From Candidatus Eiseniibacteriota bacterium (GTDB lineage Bacteria; Joyebacterota; Joyebacteria; Joyebacterales; Joyebacteraceae), in assembly GCA_030595835.1 (NCBI GenBank), contig JAUVLG010000001.1:4614-68613 (forward strand): DNA of 64,000 bases, given 5' to 3'. The position numbers were made by a program, and so were the translations under genes. The notes below the pieces were generated by a model that was given only the letters and a program-made list of their open reading frames with translations, searched no databases and was not told the origin of the DNA. Below, piece after piece: positions 37,960 to 47,730 of the stretch. Numbering within the stretch: the stretch's first letter is position 1; the number at the start of each line of letters is the position of its first letter.

Positions 37960-38932
37960 GATCGTCCTAGTGACTGGCGCGGCGGGTTTCGTGGGTTCGC
38001 ACGTCGTCGAGCGTTTGCTGGCGGACGGGAAGACCGTGCGCGGTGTGGACGCCTTCATCGACTACTACCCGCGGGCGGTCAAGGAAGAGAATCTCAGGGC
38101 GGCGATGGAGAGCGATTCCTTCGAGCTCGTCGAGGCCGACCTGGCGGTGGCGGATCTCACGCCTATCCTCGAAGGGGTGACGTCGGTTTGTCATCTGGCC
38201 GCGCAGGCCGGGGTCCGTGCCAGTTGGGGAACGACCTTCTCCACCTACATCGACTGCAATATCCTGTCGAGCCAGCGCCTTCTCGAAGCGGTCAAGGACC
38301 GAGCGCTCTCGAGGTTCGTGTACGCGTCCAGCTCATCAGTCTACGGCGAGACGACGGACCTTCCGATGCGGGAGAATGGGCTGACGTGTCCCGTGTCTCC
38401 TTACGGTGTGACGAAGCTGGCGGCCGAGCACCTCGCGGTTCTTTACAATCGGAACTACGGCGTGCCGACGGTGTCGCTCAGGTACTTCACCGTCTACGGT
38501 CCGCGGCAGCGGCCCGACATGGCGTTCCACCGTTTCATCCGCTCGGGGCTTCTGGGCGAGCCGATTACGATCTTCGGTAACGGCCATCAGACGCGCGACT
38601 TCACGTATGTGGGCGACATCGTCGCCGCGACCGTGGCGGCCCTGGAATCGGGGCCCGAGGGAGGTGTGCTGAACGTCGGAGGCGGAAGTCGTGTCACACT
38701 CAATGAGGCACTGGACGCCATAGAGAGCACTCTCGGTATCAAATTGGAGAGGCGGTACATCGAGCGCGCCAGAGGAGATGTTACGGACACACTGGCGGAC
38801 AATTCGAGGGCGAGGGACATGCTCGGCTTCCGTCCGACCGTGGGGCTCGAGGAAGGTCTGGCGCTCGAACGCGGATGGATGGAATCGGCCGTGCTGACGC
38901 CTGGTGCAGCCGCGAACGAGGAGGCTAGCTGA
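37952..38932 (+). CDS. NAD-dependent nucleotide-sugar 4-epimerase (GalE/WbpP-like SDR)
   Basis: VLVTGAAGFVGSHVVERLL, SSSSVYGE and PYGVTKLAAE (YxxxK). GTG start. Confidence 0.75.
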   Translation: MSEIVLVTGAAGFVGSHVVERLLADGKTVRGVDAFIDYYPRAVKEENLRAAMESDSFELVEADLAVADLTPILEGVTSVCHLAAQAGVRASWGTTFSTYIDCNILSSQRLLEAVKDRALSRFVYASSSSVYGETTDLPMRENGLTCPVSPYGVTKLAAEHLAVLYNRNYGVPTVSLRYFTVYGPRQRPDMAFHRFIRSGLLGEPITIFGNGHQTRDFTYVGDIVAATVAALESGPEGGVLNVGGGSRVTLNEALDAIESTLGIKLERRYIERARGDVTDTLADNSRARDMLGFRPTVGLEEGLALERGWMESAVLTPGAAANEEAS

Positions 38933-38935
38933 TAC

Positions 38936-39889
38936 ATGGACATCTCTGTCGTAATACCGTTGCTGAACGAGGCCGACAGCCTGAGGGAGCTCTACGAACG
39001 CATCGACGACGCGCTCGGCCCTCTCGGCCGCGAATGGGAAGTGATCTTCATCAACGATGGAAGCACCGACTCCTCGATGGACGTTCTGCGCAGCCTTCAC
39101 GAGGAGAAGGAGAACGTCAGGGTGCTCGTGTTCGGGAGAAACCTCGGCAAGTCGGCCGCGCTCAGTGTGGGTTTCAAGGAAGCCGTGGGAGACGTCGTTT
39201 TCACCATGGACGCCGATCTACAAGATGACCCCGCGGAGCTGCCTGTGATGCTCAAGATGATAGAGAGCGGGTACGACCTCGTGTCGGGATGGAAGAAGGA
39301 GCGCAGGGACCCACTCTCGAAGCGGCTCCCGTCGAAGCTCTACAACGCGGTGACCGGGAGGCTGTCCGGCGTCGGGATCCACGACATGAACTGCGGACTC
39401 AAGGCGTACCGCAAGCAGGTCGTGAAGACCATCCGGGTGTACGGCGAACTCCACCGCTACACGCCCGTCCTGGCACAGTGGGCGGGCTTCACGGTGACCG
39501 AGGTTGTGGTCAAACACCACGCTCGCAAGCACGGACGCTCGAAGTTCGGCGCGGAGCGCTTCCTCAGAGGCTTCTTCGACCTCCTGACGGTGCTATTCCT
39601 GCGACGCTACATCACAAGACCACTCCACCTCTTCGGGATGTTGGGTGGGGTGCTCTTCTCAGGCGGGTTCCTGGCGGGGCTCTACCTCACGATCCTGAAG
39701 ATCATGGGGCAGGCGATAGGCCGCAGGCCCCTCCTGACGCTCGCGATTCTTCTTATGGTCGTCGGTGTGCAGTTCGTCTCGTTGGGACTCCTGGGAGAGA
39801 TGCTGGCAAATCTCAGAGGGGACGACATCTCGTACCCACTGAGGGAGCGTCTCGGGCGGAAGGACGGTGGGCTTGGCGATAAGTCCTGA
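38936..39889 (+). CDS. Polyprenyl-phosphate glycosyltransferase (GT2, GtrB/ArnC/Dpm1-like with two C-terminal TM helices)
   Basis: ISVVIPLLNEADSL...FINDGSTD...TMDADLQDDP GT-A motifs. C-terminal TM pair: LFGMLGGVLFSGGFLAGLYL and LLTLAILLMVVGVQFVSLGLLG. Confidence 0.75.
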   Translation: MDISVVIPLLNEADSLRELYERIDDALGPLGREWEVIFINDGSTDSSMDVLRSLHEEKENVRVLVFGRNLGKSAALSVGFKEAVGDVVFTMDADLQDDPAELPVMLKMIESGYDLVSGWKKERRDPLSKRLPSKLYNAVTGRLSGVGIHDMNCGLKAYRKQVVKTIRVYGELHRYTPVLAQWAGFTVTEVVVKHHARKHGRSKFGAERFLRGFFDLLTVLFLRRYITRPLHLFGMLGGVLFSGGFLAGLYLTILKIMGQAIGRRPLLTLAILLMVVGVQFVSLGLLGEMLANLRGDDISYPLRERLGRKDGGLGDKS

Positions 39890-41075
39890 GAAGAGCTCGT
39901 CAGCGGACGCGCCTCTCGGATCCGATGCGAGCGCGCGGATCGCCATTGTCGGTCCGGCATATCCTCTGAGGGGTGGCAACGCGCTCTTCGTGGCGCACCT
40001 CTACGACAGCCTGCGGCTTGACCACGACGCCTATGTCGTCTCATTCAGACGGCTGTACCCCTCGCTGCTCTTCCCGGGCAAGACACAGATGAACCTGAGC
40101 CACGACCCCGTCAAGAGCACGCCGTCGCGGCAGATGATCGACTCGGTGAATCCGTTCTCCTGGATTGAGGCGGTCCGGTGGATAACTCAGCCGAAGAGAC
40201 AACCGGACCTGGTAGTCTTCGTTTGGTGGAACCCGTTCTTCGGGGTCTGCTATGGCGCCATGGCACGGATGCTGAGGCGGAAGCTCGGCCACCGCGTCAT
40301 GTTCGTGTGTGAGAACGTCGTATCGCACGAGAATAGATTCGTCGATCGATTCCTGACGAGATTCGCGCTGAGCGCGGCAGACTACTTCATGGTTCTCTCT
40401 GGAGTGGTCGCCAGCCGTGTCCACTCGCTCTTCCCGAGGACGCCGGTGCGACAAGCGGCCCTGCCGATCTACACCTGCTACAATCCGTCCGGTGTCGACC
40501 GCGATGCGGTACGGGAATCGCTTGGGCTCACGCGGCCGACCGTGCTCTTCTTCGGTTACGTCCGTGAGTACAAGGGTCTTGCTTACTTGCTGCGCGCGAT
40601 GCCCATGATACTCGAGGAGATCGACGTTGACCTCCTCGTGGTCGGCGAGTTCTACGACGACCGCTCCAAGTACGACCACATCATAGAGAAACTGGACATA
40701 GGGAAGCGCGTCCGCGTCGTAGCGGAGCACGTCCCGGATGAAGCCGTCGGCAACTATTTCGGAGCAGCGGATGTGGCGGTCCTGCCGTACGTCTCAGCCA
40801 CGCAGAGCGGTATTACACAGATAGCCTTTGCCTTCGGGCTTCCCGTGATAAGCACGAACGTCGGTGGGCTGCCCGAGGTGGTGCGGGAAGGGGAAACGGG
40901 CTATATTGTAGAGCCTGGGGACGAGCGGAAGCTCGCCCGCGCGATCGTGCGCTACTTCACCGCCGGAGACGCTCCGCGGATGAGAGCGAACGTGGCCGTG
41001 GAGGCGCAGCGTGATCACGCTGGTGACCTGATGCGGAGGGCCGTGCAGGACTTTCTCGAGATGGCGAGGTCTTAG
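39867..41075 (+). CDS. Family 4 (GT-B) glycosyltransferase
   Basis: C-terminal GT4 motif ...ADVAVLPYVSATQSGITQIAFAFGLPVISTNVGGLPEVV...GYIVEP. GTG start overlaps the previous gene by 23 nt. Confidence 0.75.
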   Translation: MGLAISPEKSSSADAPLGSDASARIAIVGPAYPLRGGNALFVAHLYDSLRLDHDAYVVSFRRLYPSLLFPGKTQMNLSHDPVKSTPSRQMIDSVNPFSWIEAVRWITQPKRQPDLVVFVWWNPFFGVCYGAMARMLRRKLGHRVMFVCENVVSHENRFVDRFLTRFALSAADYFMVLSGVVASRVHSLFPRTPVRQAALPIYTCYNPSGVDRDAVRESLGLTRPTVLFFGYVREYKGLAYLLRAMPMILEEIDVDLLVVGEFYDDRSKYDHIIEKLDIGKRVRVVAEHVPDEAVGNYFGAADVAVLPYVSATQSGITQIAFAFGLPVISTNVGGLPEVVREGETGYIVEPGDERKLARAIVRYFTAGDAPRMRANVAVEAQRDHAGDLMRRAVQDFLEMARS

Positions 41076-41076
41076 A

Positions 41077-41973
41077 GTGCGGGATCCCCTGGTCCGGGCG
41101 GTGGTGATCAACTGGAACGGCAGGGAGGTTCTCGAGCCGTGTCTGCGGACACTGCTGGCCTCATCATACCCGAACCTCTCGGTGCTGGTTGTGGACAACG
41201 CATCCACCGACGGCTCCGCGCAGTTCGTGCGTGACGAGTTCCCATCCGTCAGTGTGTCCGAGCAGAGCTCAAATCTCGGCTTCGCGGCGGGAGTGAACGT
41301 AGGGCTGAAGGCAGCGCTCGAAGAAGGGGCTGACTACGTACTGCTCCTGAACAACGACATCGAACTGGACGGCGATGCTGTGAGTGCGCTCGTCGAGGCT
41401 GCGCTCGCGCATCCGGAGAGTGCATTCGTAGGTCCCTTGATCTACTACGCCGACCGGCCTTCGGTCATATGGTCGGCGGGCGGTGCGGTGTCCTTCTGGA
41501 CGGGAAACATACGTCACCTCGGCCTTCGTGAAGAGGACGCGGGACAGTACGCCGAAGTGCGGGAGGTCGACTACGTCACGGCTTGTGCCGTGCTCGCGTC
41601 AGCGAAAGCGGTCAGTGCGATCGGCCTGATGGACGAAGCCTACTACATGTACAACGAGGACACGGACTGGTGTATCCGTGCCGGAGATGCAGGCTTCGGC
41701 GTGCTTTTCGCTCCGAGCGCGAGGATCTGGCACAAGGTCTCGATGAGCTCGGGCGGCGGACTGACGCCTTTCAAAATATACCACCGGCTGCGCAGCACCC
41801 TCAGGTTCTTCTCCCTGCACGCGCGGCTCTATCACTGGCTCGGGATCGTCCCCTTCACTGTAGCTCGCACCCTGTGTTTCGCGGTCCGTGAGCTGGCTGG
41901 AGGAAAGGGCGCCAACGTAACCGCGGTCCTGCGCGGTACGTGGGACTCGATGACGCGACAAAGGAGAACCTAG
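41077..41973 (+). CDS. Family 2 glycosyltransferase (rhamnosyltransferase-like)
   Basis: AVVINWNGREVLEPCL...VVDNASTDGS...LNNDIEL...YMYNEDTDWC motifs. GTG start 2 nt after the upstream stop. Confidence 0.75.
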   Translation: MRDPLVRAVVINWNGREVLEPCLRTLLASSYPNLSVLVVDNASTDGSAQFVRDEFPSVSVSEQSSNLGFAAGVNVGLKAALEEGADYVLLLNNDIELDGDAVSALVEAALAHPESAFVGPLIYYADRPSVIWSAGGAVSFWTGNIRHLGLREEDAGQYAEVREVDYVTACAVLASAKAVSAIGLMDEAYYMYNEDTDWCIRAGDAGFGVLFAPSARIWHKVSMSSGGGLTPFKIYHRLRSTLRFFSLHARLYHWLGIVPFTVARTLCFAVRELAGGKGANVTAVLRGTWDSMTRQRRT

Positions 41974-41977
41974 CCAC

Positions 41978-43396
41978 ATGCCCCTTCATTTCACGGGGCC
42001 GCGGCGTGCGGTCCAGAGCAACTCCCCATGTGGGTCAACTGCCGCGTTCGTCCTGACGGCGGTCCTTCTGCTGACACTGCTGCTCGCGGTCGCCGGGTGC
42101 TCGAACGACGAGGCGCCCGTTGCGACACCGTGCCTCCTGTTCTTTGGAGTGGACGCTGGCAACTGGAACATCCTCACACCAATGATGCAGGCAGGTGAGC
42201 TGCCGACACTCACGTCACTGGTCAACAGGGGCTCGTATGGGATCCTGAAATCCGGTGTTCCGATCCAGTCGCCACAGATGTGGACCTCGATAGCTACAGG
42301 CGTCACCCCCGAGAAGCACGGCATCATGCGGTTCACTGCCGAGATCCCGGGAACGGGCCGCGAGGTTCCAGTGACGAGCAACATGAGGAAGGTGAAGGCT
42401 TTCTGGAACATCCTCTCGGAGGCGGACATCACAGTCGGGATAGTGGGGTGGTGGCCCAGCTGGCCCGCGGAGCCGGTCAACGGCTTCATGATCGCCCAGC
42501 GTGCCTGGCCGGTCAACTGGAGTCGGCACGGGATCCCCTTCGGCGCGGCCCGCGATGCGTCGGGCCGTTTGATAGTGGAGCATTTCGAGGGTCGGACCTA
42601 CCCTGAAGAACTGTACGCGGAGTTCGAGCCGTTCATCCTCACCGAGGAGGACGTTACCAGAGACGACCTCGCGCTCCTCTTCTCGGACCCGGCGTTCACG
42701 CCTCCCGTCAAGCAGTTCCACGCCCGCTGGGTGTTCGCGAAGGACAAGACTTTCGCCGATGCGGGTCTGGCAATGCTCAAGCGGTACACGCCGGACGTGT
42801 TCGCGGTCTACCTCCAGGGTACCGACGTCGTCTCCCACTACTACTGGGGCTATCAGCGCGAGGAAGGCTTCACGGTGGCTCCGGCCGACGAGCGGCTCTA
42901 CGGAGGCGTGGTGCGCAACTACTACCGCTACGTCGACGGCGTGATCGCGCGCTATCTGGCGGAGGCCGGAGAGAACACGACGGTCATGGTAGTGTCCGAT
43001 CACGGCTTCGAGACCAAGCGCGACCTCAAGGAGCTCTGGGAGAGGGGCGAGAAGATCCGGACCGAGGAGGGCGGGAAGGACGTGCCGTGGGACCACGGCG
43101 TGGACGGCATCTTCATAATGGCCGGTCCGGGTATCAAGAAGGACAACAGGCTCCCTGACATGTCAGTCGTGGACGTGACACCCACGCTGCTGGCGTACCT
43201 CGGCCTTCCCGTGGCCGAGGACATGGACGGCGCCGCGGAACTCGCGATGTTCGAGGCTTCCTTCCTGGAGGCGAACCCGGTGGCCACCATCTCGACCTAC
43301 GAAACCGGCGGCCCCGGAGGCGATGAGGCTCCGATGGAATCGCCGATGGACGATGGTATCAAAGAGAAGCTGCGGGCACTCGGCTACATAGAGTAG
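41978..43396 (+). CDS. NPP-family (type I phosphodiesterase / nucleotide pyrophosphatase, AlkP superfamily) lipoprotein
   Basis: Lipobox LLAVAGC. MWTSIATGVTPEKHGIM matches the ENPP nucleophile region (HYSIVTGLYPESHGII). VMVVSDHGF metal site. C-terminal ...KLRALGYIE. Confidence 0.65.
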   Translation: MPLHFTGPRRAVQSNSPCGSTAAFVLTAVLLLTLLLAVAGCSNDEAPVATPCLLFFGVDAGNWNILTPMMQAGELPTLTSLVNRGSYGILKSGVPIQSPQMWTSIATGVTPEKHGIMRFTAEIPGTGREVPVTSNMRKVKAFWNILSEADITVGIVGWWPSWPAEPVNGFMIAQRAWPVNWSRHGIPFGAARDASGRLIVEHFEGRTYPEELYAEFEPFILTEEDVTRDDLALLFSDPAFTPPVKQFHARWVFAKDKTFADAGLAMLKRYTPDVFAVYLQGTDVVSHYYWGYQREEGFTVAPADERLYGGVVRNYYRYVDGVIARYLAEAGENTTVMVVSDHGFETKRDLKELWERGEKIRTEEGGKDVPWDHGVDGIFIMAGPGIKKDNRLPDMSVVDVTPTLLAYLGLPVAEDMDGAAELAMFEASFLEANPVATISTYETGGPGGDEAPMESPMDDGIKEKLRALGYIE

Positions 43397-43426
43397 TAGG
43401 CCCTTGAGGGAGGCGGAGCCCTACAA

Positions 43427-44533
43427 ATGCCGATTCATGTGAAGACCGATTGCAGGCTGTTCCTTGGAGACAGACCCTGCGTATGGGGCGGGCGGTGTGA
43501 GGAGTGCGAGCACTACGCCAAGCGGGGCGAGCACATAGTCGTCATCAAACTGGCGGCGGCCGGTGACGTGCTACGGACCACGTCAATCCTGCCTCCACTC
43601 AAGAGAGCGCATCCGGATTCCTTCGTCACGTGGGTCACCGATCCCGTCGCGCTTCCCCTGATAGAGCTTAACCCTTTCGTTGACCGCGCAATCCCGTTTG
43701 GGTTCGACGCGTGGCTGACGCTCTCGGTGCAGTCCATCGACCTCTTGATCTGTCTGGACAAGGATGAGCGCGCGTGCGCCCTCGCCTCAACGCTCAACGC
43801 CGCCGAGAAGTCAGGCTTCGCCCTGTCGCCGGCCGGTGCGGTGGAGCCTCTCAACGAAGGAGCGCGTTACGACTACGATCTGGGGTTGTCCAACGAGATG
43901 AAGTTCCACGAGAACGCGATGACGTACCCCGCGATCTTCTGCCGCACGGCGGGGCTCGAGTATCAGGACGAGCCCTATCTGCTTGCGCTTCCCGAGACTG
44001 CGATCGAGCACGCAAAGGACTTTCTGGGTGGGCTGTCTCTGTCCGAACCCGTGATCGGCCTCAATGTCGGCGCCGGGAACGTTTTCGCGAACAAGGCCTG
44101 GACGACGGAGGGGTACGCGGGCCTGGCGGGCGCGATTCGCGAGAAGCTGGGCGGCACGTCGCTGGTTCTCGGTGGCCCAGCCGACAGGGAGCGTGCGGAG
44201 TCAGTACTGGTCGCAGCACCGGACACCGCCGTCGACGGCGGGCTGCACGAGGTGCTGGATTTCGCTGCGGTGGTCGGGATGCTGGACGCGCTCGTGACCG
44301 GCGACACACTGGCGATGCACATAGCCATCGCGCTCGGCGTGCCCACGGTGGTGCTGTTCGGACCGAGTGCGCCGCAGGAAATAGAGCTGTTCGGGGCAGG
44401 CTCGAAGGTGCTGACCCCGCTCGACTGTGCGCCATGCTACAGACGGGACTGTGACGTGAGGCCGTCCTGCATGGAGGCCATCGATATGGAGACGGTATTC
44501 GAGGCACTCGTGGAGGCGTTGGAGAAGGCATGA
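43427..44533 (+). CDS. Family 9 glycosyltransferase (ADP-heptose:acceptor heptosyltransferase-like)
   Basis: GT9 C-terminal motif VTGDTLAMHIAIALGVPTVVLFGPS. The N-terminus carries an unusual cysteine cluster: CRLFLGDRPCVWGGRCEECEH. Confidence 0.75.
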   Translation: MPIHVKTDCRLFLGDRPCVWGGRCEECEHYAKRGEHIVVIKLAAAGDVLRTTSILPPLKRAHPDSFVTWVTDPVALPLIELNPFVDRAIPFGFDAWLTLSVQSIDLLICLDKDERACALASTLNAAEKSGFALSPAGAVEPLNEGARYDYDLGLSNEMKFHENAMTYPAIFCRTAGLEYQDEPYLLALPETAIEHAKDFLGGLSLSEPVIGLNVGAGNVFANKAWTTEGYAGLAGAIREKLGGTSLVLGGPADRERAESVLVAAPDTAVDGGLHEVLDFAAVVGMLDALVTGDTLAMHIAIALGVPTVVLFGPSAPQEIELFGAGSKVLTPLDCAPCYRRDCDVRPSCMEAIDMETVFEALVEALEKA

Positions 44534-46311
44534 CAGGGGACGCGCTGAAGAACCCCGGCGGGGGAGCCGTCGTGTGGAAAACACTCGTCTTCTCGGGACT
44601 CGGGTTCGCGCTGGCCGTCGGCGCTCTGCTCGGTGTGGTCGGATTCCGGACCAGCGGGTTCGTGCTGACCCTCGTGCCCTCGCAAGTATTGCCAATGCTG
44701 GCCATCTTCGCACTTCTGTACACCGCGCTCGCCGGACTGTGTCTGCTCCTCACCGCCGGCGCGAGAAGGCGCGGCGGGAGCGCCCGCGCCTCCGAACGCG
44801 CGGTCATGACGGCTCTCTTCACCGCAACTCTCTGGGCCGCGCTCGTGCTGATGTTCCTCCCGCTCAAGGGCGCGGAGGCCTTCGTGCAGGCGGACACGCT
44901 GACCACGCTGCAACTCAACGTGATCGGGCTCGCGGTCGTACTGGTGGTCGGCCTTGTTGCGGGCTGGGTTCTCGGCCGGGTGTTGTCTGCCGTCCTCTCG
45001 GCTCTCAGAAGACGAATGGGCAGACGCGGAATCCTCCTGCTTGGAGCGGCGTCCGCGGTCGCGGCTGTCCTGGTCCTCATCGTGGGTGTCCAGCTCAGAT
45101 CCGGTGGGACGGGAGCCTCGGGCGTAGCTGTCGCGGCCGGCGAGACCCCCAGAGTCGCGATAATCGGAGTCGACGGTTGTGACTGGGAAAAGCTCGGACC
45201 TCTAGTTGAGTCGGGCAGACTCCCGAACTTCCGACGCATCATGGAGCGCGGGGCCTACGGACCGCTCCTGTCGGAGCCGCCTCTGGTCTCGCCTCGTATC
45301 TGGACGACCATCGCGACCGGCAAGACGGCCGACAAGCACGGCATCCGCGACTTCATCAACGACGTCGGGGTGCCTGTGAACGCCACAATGAGGACGGCCG
45401 CGCCCGTCTGGGACATCGTCTCCAGCTTTGGTCTCCCTGTCGGTGTTGTCGGGTGGTACGTCACATGGCCGGTGGACGAGGTCAACGGCTTCGTATTGTC
45501 CGACCGGCTCCATTCGTTGCTGCGTGGCCCGGTGCAGATGCTTCAGTCGCTCGGCCGCCACACGACGAACGAGCGTCTGGAGTCCTTCGGAGCGTTCACG
45601 TTTGACGCGGGGTACAAACGCCATGGGGAGGACGAGCTCCGCTTCCAGCTCAACAGGATTGTAGACGAGCCTCTTCGCTGGGGGTATCTGCGCGACGCCA
45701 TCTACACCCGCATGTCAACCACTCTGACGCCGGGCTACAGACCGGTCTTCTCAGCCGTATACCTACGCGGCGTCGACTTCGTTCAGCATTTCTTCTGGCA
45801 GTACGCGGACCCCGAGCCCTTCGGCGGCGTTTCTGAGGAGAGCATCTCGGCGTACGGGGAAGTGATCAACAACTACTACGAATACACCGACGTTCTGCTC
45901 GGTCGGTTGCTCGAGGCTCTGGACGACGACGTCAACATCATCGTGGTGTCCGACCACGGTTTCAAAGCGCGCCTGGACCTGGACCCGGGCAGACCGCAAC
46001 TGACCGGCAGGCATGACGTGGCCGGGGTCATCATTGCGTCCGGCCCCGCGTTTCGCGCGGCGGGACACTTCGAGGGCGCGACGATCTTCGACATTGCGCC
46101 CACGGCGCTCGCGATCATGGGGCTGCCCGTGGGGGAGGACATGGACGGCAGGGTGCTGTTGGAGATCATCAAGCGGGAGCACTTGGCCGTTCGGCCGCTG
46201 TCGTTTATCCCCTCGTACGAGCCCGCCCTCGGTAAGGAGAGGGGAGAGGTCGGGTCGACGATGGACGACGCGATAAGGGAACAGCTCAAGTCACTGGGCT
46301 ACATTGAGTAG
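44530..46311 (+). CDS. Membrane-anchored NPP-family phosphodiesterase, paralog of 41978-43396
   Basis: About 200-aa N-terminal polytopic segment, then PRIWTTIATGKTADKHGIRDF and IIVVSDHGF. C-terminal ...QLKSLGYIE parallels the upstream paralog. ATGA overlap with the GT9 stop. Confidence 0.65.
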   Translation: MTGDALKNPGGGAVVWKTLVFSGLGFALAVGALLGVVGFRTSGFVLTLVPSQVLPMLAIFALLYTALAGLCLLLTAGARRRGGSARASERAVMTALFTATLWAALVLMFLPLKGAEAFVQADTLTTLQLNVIGLAVVLVVGLVAGWVLGRVLSAVLSALRRRMGRRGILLLGAASAVAAVLVLIVGVQLRSGGTGASGVAVAAGETPRVAIIGVDGCDWEKLGPLVESGRLPNFRRIMERGAYGPLLSEPPLVSPRIWTTIATGKTADKHGIRDFINDVGVPVNATMRTAAPVWDIVSSFGLPVGVVGWYVTWPVDEVNGFVLSDRLHSLLRGPVQMLQSLGRHTTNERLESFGAFTFDAGYKRHGEDELRFQLNRIVDEPLRWGYLRDAIYTRMSTTLTPGYRPVFSAVYLRGVDFVQHFFWQYADPEPFGGVSEESISAYGEVINNYYEYTDVLLGRLLEALDDDVNIIVVSDHGFKARLDLDPGRPQLTGRHDVAGVIIASGPAFRAAGHFEGATIFDIAPTALAIMGLPVGEDMDGRVLLEIIKREHLAVRPLSFIPSYEPALGKERGEVGSTMDDAIREQLKSLGYIE

Positions 46312-46355
46312 CGAGTGAGACTTAAGCGACACGCTCGATCCTGCACGGAGGGCCG

Positions 46356-47624
46356 GTGAGGGCCATCAAGAAACTCCAGACCCTGCTTGCCACACATGCA
46401 TCTTCAACACCCACGCGGGTCGGTCGCGTTCTCGGCGTCGTGCTTCTCGGCGCTGGCCTGCAGATCGTCACGCAGACGTTGCTCGCCCGCACACTCCCCA
46501 AGACACAGGTTGGAGTGATATCGCTTCTTCTCGGCGCCCTTCCAATCCTGACAACGCTGTCAATGGCCGGGCAGGGCGCGTCCGTCGTGCGCTTCCTCTC
46601 GAGGAGCGCGCGCGGCACGTACGATACGGCCGCGCACGTACGACGTATCCTCGCTCTCGTACTGCCTCTCGGGGCCGTGGCGGCGCTGGCCGGCGCCGGA
46701 TTCTACGCGCTGGGCTGGGGGCTCGCTCTGGTGCTCGTCGCTCTCGTCGTCTCGCAGAACACAGCGGTGACCGTGAGCTCGGTCCTGCGCGCGGAGCACC
46801 GCTATGAACTTGCAATGGCGGCAACGCACCTGCCTGCCATGGCTGCCGCGCTCGCGCTCATCGTGCTGCGACTCTCAGGACTACTCACGTTCAGAACCGC
46901 CGTCGTGACCTTCGGCGTCGCGTTCCTGTTCTCCGGTTGCCTGATCGCCGTGCGCTGGGCCAAGACGGCTCGAACGGGCGGAAAACCGGTGCCCCGCTCG
47001 GTGGTGCGTGAGGGCCTCTTCCTCCTCGGCCTGAACATCTCCTTCGCGCTCATGGTGTCCGTAGACAAGCTCGTCATAGGGAAGATGCTGCCGTACGCTG
47101 AGTTGGCGGTCTACGCCTCGATCTTCAGCGTCATGAGAGGCTTCGACTTCCTCTTCTACTCGGTTACCTACGTGCTCATGCCGAGGGTCAACGTCCTCCG
47201 GAAGGTTCCGCTTCGGCAGTACAACATTGTGATTGCGGGTCTAGCCGGCGTTGTCACCGTGGGATACCTTCTCCTGGGGGACGACGTCGTGAGCTTCCTT
47301 TATGAGGGGCGCTACGACGAAGGGGCCTATCTCATACTGCCTTTCGCCTTGTCTGGCGTCGCCAAGCTGTTCTACTCTGTTCCCTCCAGCGTGATAGGCG
47401 GACGATTGCCACGACCGGCCCTGAGGCAGTTCCTGTGGTTCAACCTCGCTGCCGTGGTCGTGAACGTGGTTCTGGACATTATCATGATCCGGGCCATGGG
47501 ACTGATGGGGGCGGCGATCGCCACCGCGATCGCGTGGAGCTTGAGGCTTGCGGGAGGCTACATCATCCTCGCGCGGAACCGCTCCCTGCTCGACGTGCGA
47601 GCTGAGGGAACGCCTGAGCCGTAA
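46356..47624 (+). CDS. MOP-superfamily oligosaccharide flippase (Wzx-like)
   Basis: 422 aa with about 12 TM helices and a polysaccharide-biosynthesis-protein layout. GTG start. Confidence 0.65.
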   Translation: MRAIKKLQTLLATHASSTPTRVGRVLGVVLLGAGLQIVTQTLLARTLPKTQVGVISLLLGALPILTTLSMAGQGASVVRFLSRSARGTYDTAAHVRRILALVLPLGAVAALAGAGFYALGWGLALVLVALVVSQNTAVTVSSVLRAEHRYELAMAATHLPAMAAALALIVLRLSGLLTFRTAVVTFGVAFLFSGCLIAVRWAKTARTGGKPVPRSVVREGLFLLGLNISFALMVSVDKLVIGKMLPYAELAVYASIFSVMRGFDFLFYSVTYVLMPRVNVLRKVPLRQYNIVIAGLAGVVTVGYLLLGDDVVSFLYEGRYDEGAYLILPFALSGVAKLFYSVPSSVIGGRLPRPALRQFLWFNLAAVVVNVVLDIIMIRAMGLMGAAIATAIAWSLRLAGGYIILARNRSLLDVRAEGTPEP

Positions 47625-47730
47625 CTCGCCTCGGTCAGATTCGAGTTGCCGGGTGCGGATGCACCGGCAGTGGCATCGTGGGGAACTGGCTCAGAGGAAC
47701 GCTTGAGAGCATCGAGAGAGGGGAAGCACT

